DNA of 40,437 nucleotides from Octopus bimaculoides (lineage: Eukaryota), in NCBI RefSeq assembly GCF_001194135.2, contig NC_068981.1:100827911-100868347 (forward strand), in the 5' to 3' direction. Both the position numbers and the translations under genes were made by a program. This document shows, in pieces, positions 1-12,277 of the stretch. Every line of letters starts with the position of its first letter. Positions within the stretch are counted from its first letter, which is position 1. The notes below the pieces were generated by a model that worked only from the letters and a program-made list of their open reading frames with translations, had not been told where the DNA came from and ran no database searches.

Positions 1-31
1 TATATATATATATATATATATATACATGTTT

Positions 32-84
<53 letters not shown>

Positions 85-123
85 CATACGCACACGCGCA
101 TATATATCTACATCTACATACAT

Positions 124-154
<31 letters not shown>

Positions 155-473
155 TATGTATGTATATGCACATACATATTCACGCGCTTTATACATATAC
201 GGTATGGAAGTAAGCATGGTACAAATAACAAGAGGCATAGTAGATTGGGTGTAGCGATAACAACAACAGCAGTGACTAGAAAGGGGGCATGGTAAGGTGA
301 TTGTGATAACTATAGGTACAGGTAGTTACAATACGGTTTTCAATAGGGCTCACACACCTGCAGCTTATTCACAGCCTTTAAGTACTCTGGAGAGAGCTTT
401 TCACCTGTTCAGGCTGGCATCTTTTTATTTTTATGCTGCTTATCATATTTTTCCACACACACACACACACACA

Positions 474-660
474 CACACAGACGGTGGCACATACCCACAC
501 ACACTCACACACACACATAGACACACACGCACACACGTACACACACACAGACGGTGACACATACACACACACACACACACATACTCTCTCTCTCACACAC
601 ACAGACGGTGGCACATACATACACACGCTCACGCGCACACACACATACGGTGGCACATAC
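474..660 (+). repeat. minisatellite: four copies of acagacggtggcacatac within (CA)n
   Basis: Core at ~477, 547, 601 and 647 (partial). Confidence 0.75.
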
Positions 661-819
661 ACATGCAGACGTGCGCATACGCGTACACACGAAGACGTAG
701 ACGTGCGCACGCACGCAGGCATGCACACACGCTCACACAGAGAGAAGTGCGCGCGCACACACACACAAAAATAAGCGTGCGTGCACGTTAANNNNNNNNN
801 NTAACACACACACACACAC

Positions 820-869
<50 letters not shown>

Positions 870-1140
870 AAACATGCGCACGCATATATGTGTAACTTTT
901 TATTCAAAAATTGATTTTTAACGGGTAAACTCGATTAAACGCAATTCAGTTCTTGACTGGTTGGTGTCTGCATTATCCATATACCTGTCGAATCACTAAT
1001 TTATACTTTTCGAAACAACACCGCACAATACTCACACACATACATACACGCATATAAATAAACACAGATGCACATAGAGATACACACGCACACATATACA
1101 CACACACATACATATATATACACGCATATATAAAATTTCA

Positions 1141-1266
1141 GCCTCCAGTGTAGTAAGTAGTTTGCTTCCCACTGCATGGCACCGTGAACAGGTGTCTTAC
1201 TATAGCCTTAGGTCGACCAAAGTCTTGAGAGTGGATTTGGTAGACGGAAAGTGAAAGAAGCCTGTC

Positions 1267-1268
<2 letters not shown>
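1141..1268 (+). mobile_element. tRNA-derived SINE family B, internally deleted 5' part
   Basis: Matches the head and body of the fuller copy at 29918-30396 (ttgcttccca..cactgc..ggcac..gaccaaag..gatttggtagacggaaa..gaagcc.gtcgtata). Confidence 0.7.
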
Positions 1269-1306
<38 letters not shown>

Positions 1307-2299
1307 NNNNNNNNNNNNNNNNNNNNNNNNNNNNNNNNNNNNNNNNNNNNNNNNNNNNNNNNNNNNNNNNNNNNNNNNNNNNNNNNNNNNNNNNNNNNNN
1401 NNNNNNNNNNNNNNNNNNNNNNNNNNNNNNNNNNNNNNNNNNNNNNNNNNNNNNNNNNNNNNNNNNNNNNNNNNNNNNNNNNNNNNNNNNNNNNNNNNNN
1501 NNNNNNNNNNNNNNNNNNNNNNNNNNNNNNNNNNNNNNNNNNNNNNNNNNNNNNNNNNNNNNNNNNNNNNNNNNNNNNNNNNNNNNNNNNNNNNNNNNNN
1601 NNNNNNNNNNNNNNNNNNNNNNNNNNNNNNNNNNNNNNNNNNNNNNNNNNNNNNNNNNNNNNNNNNNNNNNNNNNNNNNNNNNNNNNNNNNNNNNNNNNN
1701 NNNNNNNNNNNNNNNNNNNNNNNNNNNNNNNNNNNNNNNNNNNNNNNNNNNNNNNNNNNNNNNNNNNNNNNNNNNNNNNNNNNNNNNNNNNNNNNNNNNN
1801 NNNNNNNNNNNNNNNNNNNNNNNNNNNNNNNNNNNNNNNNNNNNNNNNNNNNNNNNNNNNNNNNNNNNNNNNNNNNNNNNNNNNNNNNNNNNNNNNNNNN
1901 NNNNNNNNNNNNNNNNNNNNNNNNNNNNNNNNNNNNNNNNNNNNNNNNNNNNNNNNNNNNNNNNNNNNNNNNNNNNNNNNNNNATATATATATTATACGG
2001 AATAAGAAATCGACGAAGACAAACATTAAGGGCCGTTAGGCCAAGACGAATTGTAATGGGTAACGCCTGGGAGTAATTTTGAAAGGATATAGAATAAATA
2101 GAAGAGAAGAAAATAGTAGAAGAGAAAATAAATGTCGAGAGACGAGAGAAGTGGGAAATGACGTCCAGCTAGTTGGACATCGCATCCAAAAAAGACAGAA
2201 CCGAGAAAAAAGGCCTATAATCACGTGTGATCAACAGGCAGAATACATATACACACGCACACACACACTCACACATACACACACATACATACACAGATG

Positions 2300-3790
2300 C
2301 TTGTCGGCTGAAAGTTCAGAAGACAAGTTTTAAAGCTCTTTTGAGGTATTCATTTATTGTCTTCTCCTTATTGATGAGTTCATCATAGCTGACATTCCAG
2401 TAAAGGCTATGTTTTTTTGGTCGTTCATATTTGGTGTCTTGTTGGGTGTACACAAGTTCTCTATGTTTTACGATTCCAAAATGTACATTTGAACACATTA
2501 AATTTCATTACCAATGTTTTTAGATAATTGGGTTACGAAATCCAGTTGCTTTTTGATGTGGTAAATACTTGGCACAAACATTCAGGACATCAAGAAAGAA
2601 AAGGTGAAAGATGTTACTGGATTTATTCGCTGTTATGTTTCTAAATGTTAGGGGTGTTTAACGAAAGCCCAAAGCGCAGTACTATCAAGCTATCGTCCTG
2701 AAGGATGCCTTTTGCCATTTTGTTCGTGTATGACATCAAATTTGATACGTTTGATAATGCCTCTAAGAAGTAGGGAGATGTACCAGGGTCTGGTTATGTA
2801 GTGGACGGCAGCTACTGGCGGTGGTGGGACTTCGGCTTATTGAAGCACTTTGATAATCCACCCATATGTTATACTATCAAAGGGATTTTGGTAGTCCAGC
2901 TATTGTATAGCCAAGTTTTTACGAAGCTTTATAGTTTTTTCTTGTAACATTTTATTAATTAGTAGGTATTCAATACAGCTTCTTTCTTTCCTCTCAACTT
3001 ATTCAGGAGTTAAAATATTGTTGCTAGTACAATGATCCTGTAGAAACAGGTTGAGGCACCAAGTGCAGAGCTTATACAGGCTTATGCATAAGCGGTAATT
3101 GTATAAATGACTCTTAAGTGTGTCCAAAATTAAAAGAGAGGTCTTTAACTACTTCATCAATCCTATCAGATTTTTTATTCCTTTCTTGTTCAACTACTTT
3201 CTTGATACAGTCCCTCAGCAACAGAGATATTGGAGTATTTTGTCAATTCAATTGTTATAGAATAAAAACAAATACGACTTCTACAGAGACCATAGTTGCA
3301 TTCCTTTAACCTAGTTTTTCAATTTTAATTGCTTACAATTCTGGTTCAGCATCATGAACAGCATTAAATTCATGTCGATACCGATAGTAGTTTTTGCAGT
3401 TCAGCCTTTAAAGACCAAGTATTTGTATAAGTTCTAGTATTTCAAATAAATTATTTCATATTGCCTCAGTACTCACACTCATTAATTTAATCCTCTTTAA
3501 CATATTTCTGAGATATTCGGTATTTTGTTGGAGACGTACAGAATGAAAGGATAATTGTTCTCACTTCAGTGGATGGGTCTTGTGCATTAGGAACTATTTC
3601 ATTAAATTCAATTCGCTTCAGATCAACTTATTAAACACCTTCATAATTTCAGAATCTACATCTACAGTTTCATCATAATCTTCGAATGTGCCTCCGAATC
3701 CGTTGTTAGTCAAGAGTTGTTAGTCAATTTAGCTTAATCACAATTTTATTGTAAAGAACATCATAAAGAGCCGGACGATGTCGAGTTATG
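2300..3790 (-). mobile_element. degenerate non-LTR retrotransposon (R4/Dong-like), N-terminal plus reverse transcriptase fragment
   Basis: Hand translation of the minus strand across stops and frameshifts gives RT motifs in order: LYKLCTWCLNLFLQDHCTSNNILTPE (~3080-3003), LLINKM, LDYQNPFDSITYGWIIKVLQ (~2899-2841; DYxKAFDS motif), KGILQDDSL (~2712-2686; GxxQGDSL), HLFFLDVLNVCAK (~2606-2568; HLxF.DD), MKFNVFKC, KEKTINEYLKR. The 5' boundary is approximate. Confidence 0.85.
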
Positions 3791-3875
3791 TAAGTATATG
3801 CATGAGAAGACATACATAAAGCAAAAAATTCAAATCTGCACACATACATACATACATACATACATACATACATAC
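3791..3875 (+). mobile_element. 3' UTR fragment of the R4/Dong-like LINE ending in (ACAT)n
   Basis: aagtatatgcatgagaagacatacataaagcaaaa...aaatctgca matches the post-stop sequence at ~4540-4572 and ~4960-5010. Confidence 0.7.
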
Positions 3876-4816
3876 AAAAGGGTTAGAGATGTAGGAAAAG
3901 CAGTAAAATGTGATAATCGATGTAGACTTTATGGAGTTAAAACCGAAGATATCATCCACATTATAAGCAGTTGTCCGAAAATGCCATCATGGTATTATCT
4001 ACTGATGAGACATGATGTTATTGCGAGGACACTCTATAATGAAATCCGTCGGAAGGATAACCCCGGGGACAAAGAAATAAGAATCCACAGTTTGGTAGAA
4101 GCTATAGCCACTCATAATAAAAAGGAGTACTGGTGGAATGTCCCAGTGAAGACCTCAAATAAACTGTAAGCACAACAGACCTGATATAATGATTTGGGAT
4201 AAAGAGAAACTGTGTACAGTTGTGGAAATTAGAGGCCCAGCGGATGTTAACATAAAGCTGAAGATCAATGTAAAAGAGAATACCGACACTGAACTATTGA
4301 GAAATCTGCAGTTACTTAATCAAGGTTACAAATTCAGCTTTATACCTATAATTGTTGGGGACTTGAGAGATGTAACACACCGCCTAAATACCAATCTTCA
4401 GAAATTAAGCTCCTCAAAACCAGAAAGGAGAAAGCTGAATCGAAGACTACAGATCCAATCCATCACTGGAACTGTAAAAATCTGTAAAACTTTCCAGAAG
4501 TTTATTATTTAAATACATATGAGCAAGTCTAGATATGCAATTATATGCATGAGAATACATACATAAAGCAAAACATACATACATACATACATACATACAT
4601 ACATACATACATACATACATACGTACGTACAAAATATCCTGTTGTTGATGTTAAAATTCCAATGAAGGAGCTTTGGATCTAGGTTAGAAACCGGCTCTTT
4701 CTCTATTGGTAAAAAATCTTGAAATGAAAGTGAACACTGACACATACATACATACATACATGCATACATACATACATACATACATACATACATACATAGA
4801 TACAAACATACATACA
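3876..4816 (+). mobile_element. 5'-truncated RLE-type LINE (R4/Dong-like): zinc knuckle, restriction-like endonuclease, 3' UTR
   Basis: CRLYGVKTEDIIHIISSCPKM (CCHC knuckle, one Cys changed to Tyr) and MRHD. After a frameshift near 4163: CKHNRPDIMIWD..VVEI..PADVN (PD-D/E endonuclease), ending GTVKICKTFQKFII* at 4512. The 3' UTR has an internal (ACAT)n at ~4575-4630, unique sequence at 4631-4742 and a (CATA)n tail. Confidence 0.88.
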
Positions 4817-4817
4817 C

Positions 4818-5120
4818 AATACCAATCTTGAGAAATTAGGCTTCTCAAAACCAGAAAGGAGAAAGCTAATTCGATCCAATCCATCACTGGAACTGTAAAA
4901 ATCAGTAAAACTTTCTAGATGTTTACCAGTTAAATACAAATGAGCATGTAGAGATATGCAAGTATGTACATGAGAATACATGCATAAAGCAAAACATATA
5001 AATCTGCAAATATACATGCATGCATACATACATACATACATACATATATGTATGCATACATACATACATACATACATACATAAATGCATACATGCATACA
5101 AAAATACCCTGTTGTTGATG
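4818..5120 (+). mobile_element. second, shorter 3' copy of the same RLE LINE
   Basis: Realigns to 4387-4650 (aataccaatctt..ccagaaaggagaaagct..atccaatccatcactggaactgtaaaaatc..aaaata[c/t]cctgttgttgatg) with a short deletion; cut off by a SINE at 5121. Confidence 0.85.
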
Positions 5121-5390
5121 CAGAACCGCTAAGTTACGGGAACATAAACATACCAACACCGCATGTCGCAGTAGTGTGGTGGAGGACACACACACGCACG
5201 CACGCACGCACGCAGACACACACATGCACACGCATACACACGCATACACATACATATATACGACAGGTTTATTTCAGTTTCCGTACAGCGAGTTCGCTCA
5301 CAAGGCTTTGATCGACACTTTGTCCAAGGTGCCACGCAGAGGGACTGAACTCAGAACCCTGTGGTCGGGAAGCAAACTTCTACCTACACC
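5121..5390 (-). mobile_element. tRNA-derived SINE family B
   Basis: Reverse complement matches the 29918 copy: head aagtttgcttccc..gggttctgagttcagtccctctgcgtggcaccttggacaa, internal microsatellite, and ..cccgtaacttagcggttc. Confidence 0.75.
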
Positions 5391-5914
5391 TATGTATGTA
5401 TGTATGTATGTATGTATGTATGTATGTATGTATGTATCTATCTATCTATTGCCCCTTATCAGTAAACTATTCCTCTTATTTTCGTTATGGAATAGCTTGT
5501 CTGATGTACTATTAAATTCTTTAAATATTGTCTTACCCAAACTATCTTTTTCTCTTTTTCTCTCTGTTCCTCTCTCCTCTCACTCTTTTTTTTTTCCTTT
5601 TTCTCTCTCTTTCCCCCTTGCCTTCCTTCCTTCCTTTCTTCTTTCCTTCCTTTCTTCCTTCCTCCCCCTCTTACTCGTTTACCGTACTCTCTGTCTCTCT
5701 CAATGCCTCTCGTCGCTCCTGTCTCCTCAAGCTCTCGCAGTTGCGCGCGTTTTGAAAACAAGTCTGGAGTTAAAGGTGTAAGCTTAGCGTTCCCATTCCC
5801 CCATACACCCAGACATACCAGGTGTAAATCGGGATGACGGAGTGTTTGGCTGGTTTGTCTTAGCTGCTTGCTCGTTTCGACGCGTACATGCATTCGTTGA
5901 TCGGCTTGCGCGCT

Positions 5915-5965
<51 letters not shown>

Positions 5966-6305
5966 NNNNNNNNNNNNNNNNNNNNNNNNNNNNNNNNNNN
6001 NNNNNNNNNNNNNNNNNNNNNNNNNNNNNNNNNNNNNNNNNNNNNNNNNNNNNNNNNNNNNNNNNNNNNNNNNNNNNNNNNNNNNNNNNNNNNNNNNNNN
6101 NNNNNNNNNNNNNNNNNNNNNNNNNNNNNNNNNNNNNNNNNNNNNNNNNNNNNNNNNNNNNNNNNNNNNNNNNNNNNNNNNNNNNNNNNNNNNNNNNNNN
6201 NNNNNNNNNNNNNNNNNNNNNNNNNNNNNNNNNNNNNNNNNNNNNNNNNNNNNNNNNNNNNNNNNNNNNNNNNNNNNNNNNNNNNNNNNNNNNNNNNNNN
6301 NNNNN

Positions 6306-6369
<64 letters not shown>

Positions 6370-7164
6370 GTGTGTTTGTATGCGTGTGGATAGGTGCTTG
6401 TCTGAATAAGTGTTTACGTGTTAGATTGTGCGCCTGCTTGGTTCTGCACGCGCCCTTTTTCCGTGTGAGTGTGTATGTGAGGGTTGCTTACGCATGTGTG
6501 TTAGCGTGAGCGTGTGTATTGTGTGACTACATACGCACATACTCAAGCTAATACATACAAGTACACAAGCGTGTGATTGCGCTAATATGTATGTTTGCCA
6601 GTGTGCGTGAATGAGTGTGTGTGTGTGCGTTTGCTTATATATATATATATCTATATATGTATATATACATGTGCGTACACGTATGCTTTAAGAGCCCCGT
6701 CTAGTGGTCGAATGTTGGCCTCTGTAAGAAAGTAGTTTATGCTTAGCAGGTGTGCTGGTATATTATCCATGTAACTCTGAATCTCTGCTTAACCAAAGCG
6801 ATGAACGTCCCACTACCGCTTTTTGTTTTTGTTTTGTTGTTCTTATGCATGCAGAGGCCATCTTTGAAACTGGAGTTACTCCCCGACAAGTGAAACTATA
6901 TAATATAATTCTTTTTTTCCTTCTTAAACTGTTTTATGCTGTTGAAGGCGTAATTGATGTTATGTTGGTGTATTGTTGCTTAACACCAGCTCAGCTCTGA
7001 ACGAGCAGACTTATTAAATATCTTCCAATCATGACTGTCACGTCCTTTTACGGCATTTGGTTCATTGTCTCAGCATGTTCGCGTCCGTTGCATGTTTTTT
7101 TTTTCTGTTTTTGTTATCTTTTTTCTCCGTATGTTCTTTCGTCGTCCCTCTGTGTCATATTATT

Positions 7165-7267
7165 TCTTCTTCTTCTTCTTCTTCTTCTTCTTCTTCTTCT
7201 TCTTCTTCTTCTTCTTCTTCTTCTTCTTCTTCTCCTCCTCCTCCTCCTCCTCCTCCTCCTCCTTCTT

Positions 7268-7297
<30 letters not shown>
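7165..7297. repeat. (CTT)n-(CCT)n-(CTT)n compound microsatellite
   Basis: Seen directly. Confidence 0.95.
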
Positions 7298-7298
<1 letters not shown>

Positions 7299-7384
7299 TT
7301 TGAAAGTGATTTTGAGAGATGGGGGTGGGAAATCAAGTTTGTCCTACCGGTCACAGGATATCGTGGAAGAAGTGGATAGAGGAA

Positions 7385-7920
7385 CTCTACTGGAATAGCT
7401 GGAGGAGTTAAAATCGGTGTTAAACTTTGGATCATTATGTTTTGAGTTCAAATCCCGCTGAAGTCAACTTTGTCTTTCATCCCTCCGAGCTTGATAAAAT
7501 GAAGTACCAGTCAATTATTGGAGTTGATTTAATCGACCCACTACCCACTCCCAAATTTCAAGACTTGTGCTTATGCAAGAAATTTGGCTTTATCAGATGG
7601 TTTAATGTGCCATTGTCAGATGTTAGTTAACTTCTATGTGGTTTTCCAACATAAAATCCCTGTCCCCTCTTCCCTACTTATGTAATGCATCTTCACGTTG
7701 TACACGAACCAATAAAGAAGCCTCTCGACTTGTTAGAAATAGCAACCATATCCCCCGCAAATCACAACATACTGTCTTAAAAGAGGAAGCATACATTGGG
7801 TAATATCATCCAGGATATATCCTAACTGAGAGAAAGAGAGGCCGGTGACAGAATATATTTGATCACTGATCTACTCAATCAGTGTTGACCTATTATAGAT
7901 TTCATCTTAGTTAAGTAACA
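7385..7920 (+). mobile_element. tRNA-derived SINE family A with long 3' tail
   Basis: B box GAGTTCAAATCCC (~7444-7456), then gtcaactttgtctttcatcc..gataaaatgaagtaccagt as in other family A copies. The tail (gttagaaatagcaacc..ctgtcttaaaagagg..cattggg) resembles 9370-9555 and 32715-32890. Confidence 0.7.
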
Positions 7921-8284
7921 TGAAATCGATAATGATGTTACGGGATTTTACGTGCATCATTGATCGTATCATCCCTTTTCCTCCTCCCCTTAAAACAAAC
8001 AACAGCTGTCATATGGCGCAGAGTTAGAGTAAAGTTGTTGAGATTTTCAGACGACCTTTTCAAATCAGTAACCCCGATTCGCAATAGCTCTTCATATTTT
8101 TTTTTCTGGATGCGTAATTTTAAAGCTATACAAGTAGCAAGCGGTTAACGATGCCATTAAAGATTTTGAAAATATCAATGACGTCAGATCATCAGTGAAA
8201 TTGTATTCTCAGTCTAAAAAGAAATATTGACCTCTGTTGGATTCGATGATGTGTGTTCCCACTGTTTGATTAACGAACAGTGTA

Positions 8285-8348
8285 ATCGTTTAATTAACGT
8301 ACAAGTAGCTGACCATTCCACAGACACGTGTACTCTTAATGTGATTCT
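8285..8348 (-). mobile_element. fragment of SINE family C body
   Basis: caagtagctgaccattccacagacacgtgtactcttaatgtgattct matches 38991-39040 (caagtggctgagcacaccatagacacgtgtactctcaacgtagttct). Confidence 0.55.
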
Positions 8349-8599
8349 AAAGATATAGTCTGGTTTTAATTTGTCTCTCAATATAGTATATATTTTGTTA
8401 CGGCTTTGAAATGGGTGGGAACGAAACAAATAATAGGTCTTAATGTATAACATTATCTTTTGATTCGCGTATCTGACTTCAAGGCTTATATTCCACTCTG
8501 TCCTTTCATCAAACTTGAGTCAATGAAATAAAGAGCATATCGCAGTCCAAGAGAGAATATAGATAAATTGATAATAGATAGATAAAGATAGATAGATAG

Positions 8600-8656
<57 letters not shown>

Positions 8657-8899
8657 NNNNNNNNNNNNNNNNNNNNNNNNNNNNNNNNNNNNNNNNNNNN
8701 NNNNNNNNNNNNNNNNNNNNNNNNNNNNNNNNNNNNNNNNNNNNNNNNNNNNNNNNNNNNNNNNNNNNNNNNNNNNNNNNNNNNNNNNNNNNNNNNNNNN
8801 NNNNNNNNNNNNNNNNNNNNNNNNNNNNNNNNNNNNNNNNNNNNNNNNNNNNNNNNNNNNNNNNNNNNNNNNNNNNNNNNNNNNNNNNNNNNNNNNNNN

Positions 8900-8931
<32 letters not shown>

Positions 8932-9025
8932 TTAATTAATAATTTTGCCTTCATGGTTCTTTTACGCATGCTAGCCACTGATATTATTGTAAATCATTAA
9001 CAGTAATATCCTTATAGGGAATAGG

Positions 9026-9233
9026 GGCACAACAAGGTACCAATTTTTGCTGGAAATAGCAGTCGATAACAGTTCGACGCGAGGTAAAGCTTCACTGAAT
9101 ATATAGAGGTAAAGATGTGTGCGGGCGGCGAATAAAAAAAAAATTCCCCTTACCTCTAGGAAGAATGCCAGAGAAATGGACAGCCTATATATACTTATAA
9201 AAGACAGATTATCTTGGATGATGTAGCATAGAC
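9026..9233 (+). repeat. copy 1 of a ~205-bp direct repeat (Helitron-like element body)
   Basis: Roughly 90% identical by eye to 12386-12590 (ggcacaacaaggtaccaatttttgctggaaatagcagtcgataacagttcgacgc...ttggatgatgtagcatagac). Confidence 0.85.
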
Positions 9234-9555
9234 ACATTATGACTGGACTAATAACAGAAAAGACTGGATGATCATTGCTAGAACTTCTATGATTATACTT
9301 CTGTTTGGTCAGGACTAATCTGGAGCACCGAATCAACAACAAGAATATTAGCTACACCATATAACACGGAGTCAGTTCTAAATTAGAAATGGCAGTAAAA
9401 TCTCCTTAAGCCATACTTTACCTCCTAAAACTGAAAGGCACATTGGATGATGTAATCAGTGATATACTACGCTTGAGCAAGGAAATCTGTGATCAAAGAC
9501 AGAAAGCCTAATCAGACCTGACCTGGGTCTAAACAAAATCTACAATAACAACCAT
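9234..9555 (+). mobile_element. decayed SINE family A 3'-tail fragments
   Basis: ttagaaatggcagtaaaatctcc..cacattggatgatgt..tgacctgggtctaaacaa resembles the tails at 7730-7900 and 32715-32890. Confidence 0.5.
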
Positions 9556-9635
9556 GCAGGTAGAGAGTCACAATTCAACCGACTGTATTCTTTATCTTAT
9601 GAATACATAACTTTGTGTTCCGAAACTTATTGTTA

Positions 9636-9862
9636 CGAGGGGGTGTTGAGGAGTTCTTGACTATAAGGGTATCACGAAAGGCCCGGTTGGTGGCCTAACC
9701 TTCTGAGTTCTTTTACAGGGCTTAGAAAAAGGACCACTGCAGTAAGGATTGCTGCAGTAAGTGTGTGAATGTGAGACGGGAATATGTTGAATAAAATCAT
9801 AATTCACTGATCCTCCTGTATTTTCTTTTACCCAAAGCCAGGAACTTTTCAGCATCCCCTCG
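9636..9862. mobile_element. Tc1/mariner-derived MITE with TA target duplication
   Basis: TA|cgagggggtgttgaggagttctt ... aggaacttttcagcatcccctcg|TA; terminal inverted repeats match at 18/23; flanking TA at 9634-35 and 9863-64; 227 bp; no coding capacity seen. Confidence 0.8.
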
Positions 9863-10708
9863 TATATATCACATTAAGGTAAGCGAGCTTGTAGAGACCA
9901 CACAGGGTCAAACATAATGTACAATGTCTGACTAGATTTTTGTTTGAACCGAACATTCTGAGATCCAAAACTGTTTGCTTTTTGGTTAGCTATCATCATT
10001 CATTTGGGAGTGATAAAATAGGGTCAATACAGTCAATAGCGCTTTGCCAAAAATCGATTGATTAAATTTCTTCAGGAGATCCTTTAAATTCCAATGATGG
10101 CTGTTTCCTCAAGAAATATTTTAGAATGTACATAACTCACTAGAGAAATCGCTGCTCCTCGAGTCGTTAGAGTGAGATTAACTTCCAAACAGTGGATGGT
10201 GCATATCACATCATCGGCGTACTCTCATGGTCAAAGCACTTAATTATCTCTAAATTCACTCCAACTTATTCTACAGAGACATTTTCTCTATTTTAGAATG
10301 TTAGGTGTTACGCTTGTGTCTTTCTTATCAGTATTAACTACAGAAGTGAACTGAAGTGATATCTACTGGAGATTGACCACATCGCAGCCTTTTGCCGGGA
10401 ACTAACCATTTATCTATGTGGTCACTGTAATATCAAACATTACTTTTCCGAGTTCTTTTACATGTTATTTAAGAAGTCATGGTTGTCTATAATGAAACTG
10501 CATAAATCCCCCAAAACTGAACTTTACTACTCACATTGATAACACAGATACATATACATACCCATATGTATATTATTACATACACACACACACTCACACA
10601 CACACAAACAACTACATACATATTCATACATACATGCATACCCACATACACACACATGCACGCACGTATACTGATATATTAATGTCTGCTTTTATGGCAT
10701 GTTATATA

Positions 10709-10797
10709 CGGTTTCAAATTTTGGCATAAGGCCAGCAATTTTAGGAGAGTTGTAGAGTCGATTACATCGACCCCAATACTTTATTTTATCGATACCG
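10709..10797 (-). mobile_element. SINE family A, 3' fragment
   Basis: ttttggcataaggcc..gtcgattacatcgacccc..ttattttatcga matches other family A copies. Confidence 0.65.
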
Positions 10798-11057
10798 AAA
10801 CTTCGAAGTCACTGTCACCTTTTCCTCACAAAATTTAGTATGTGTGAGTGTGTATATATATNNNNNNNNNNNNNNNNNNNNNNNNNNNNNNNNNNNNNNN
10901 NNNNNNNNNNNNNNNNNNNNNNNNNNNNNNNNNNNNNNNATATATATATATATACGTGTGTGTGTGTGTGTGAGTGTGTGTGCATACATAAATATCAGCC
11001 ATTTATTTTACCTTCTGTCGAAGCGAAAATCATTTTTGTGAATACAGAATTCATATC

Positions 11058-11505
11058 AATTCATGGGGTGCCCGCAGAACAGCGAGAATCCAAACAATAA
11101 CGTATCTATTCAGTCTGGAAGATTCAAACGTGAATATTTGATCGCTGTTTGTTTCTCGTCGTCGGAGAACATTTGCCTTTAGACGATGCGTGCTTATAAG
11201 CCACCATCCAAAGTGTTTTCAAAACATACACAAAATTACCATTGCAAGTAGACTTTGAGATACCGCGTTGCTTCAACATCGTTGTGTGTCTCCTCCTCCA
11301 AAGCTACTTCACCGGACGGACGAATCTAACAAGAGCATGAGCTTCTCTTTATAGGAATCAGCAAAGAAATTATTTGCGCTTGCATGCTGATGCCTGCCAA
11401 ACAGGTAATAATTCATAGGACGCATGCAGAACCGCAAGAATCCAAACATTAACGTATCCAGTTTTAACACCTGGCAGATTCTAACATGACTATCTGATCG
11501 CTGTT
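11058..11505 (+). repeat. diverged ~92-bp direct repeat pair (11058-11149 and 11410-11505)
   Basis: aattcat.gg..gc..gcagaac.gc.agaatccaaaca.taacgtatc..ctgg.agattc.aac.tga.tat.tgatcgctgtt is present twice, 352 bp apart. Confidence 0.7.
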
Positions 11506-12277
11506 GTTCAGCGTCATTGGTCTGACGGAGTAAATTTGACCGAGGAGACAGGCAATGAGGTCAAAACACTGTGGTGTCTCAAAGTCCTTTTACACCAGTG
11601 AATTGCGTAAGTTATGAACACACATTGTTTAAAGGGAGGAGGTGCTCTCCGATGGCGAAAAACAAGAGATTAGATATTCACATTCGAACCTGCTAGGACG
11701 TATTAAAAAATGACTAGATGCGATATTATAAAGTATTTATCATGTACGGTAGTTAATATTTCTTCCTCCATTTTTGTTGTCCAAATTGATGTCAGTAACT
11801 ACTTTAAATTATTTCCTGTAACTCATATTTGTTATAATTATGCATATTACTTTATGCCATAAATTTCTACTCTTGAACTCTTTGATGTTCATTGCAGTCA
11901 AAATAGGACAGCTGTGGTGCTGAGGACGCATACTGGGGGTAAAAACACATGTCAACAGCCATCTTTTTACATCCAGTAGAAACAAATGGTCTTTTCTTTA
12001 TTACAGCGGAATTCTTAATTCATGGCGTTATTTCCCCTTCTCATTTGGAGTTGGTCTCAATTTTCACCAGACGTTTGTTTTTCGTTCTCTGAAAGCGAAG
12101 AAAATTTCAATAGACCAAGACGTTATCTAGAATTGTATTACATCTTTGCTATCCAAATTCATGTCATTAGTTTTTCTGTTAGTTAATTTTTGTAACACAC
12201 ACGCACGCGCGTGCGCTTGTGTGTGTGTGTGTGTGTGTGTGTAAGCTTATATGCATATATCTATATATGTATGTATA

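Noticed and set aside
9585-9640. Second hammerhead-like string (cttatga...ccgaaacttattgtt)
   Set aside because: The core has G5 changed to U, no stem I forms, and the 3' side is the MITE terminus.
11780-12200. Possible transposase remnant on the minus strand
   Set aside because: Hand translation gave no recognisable motif.
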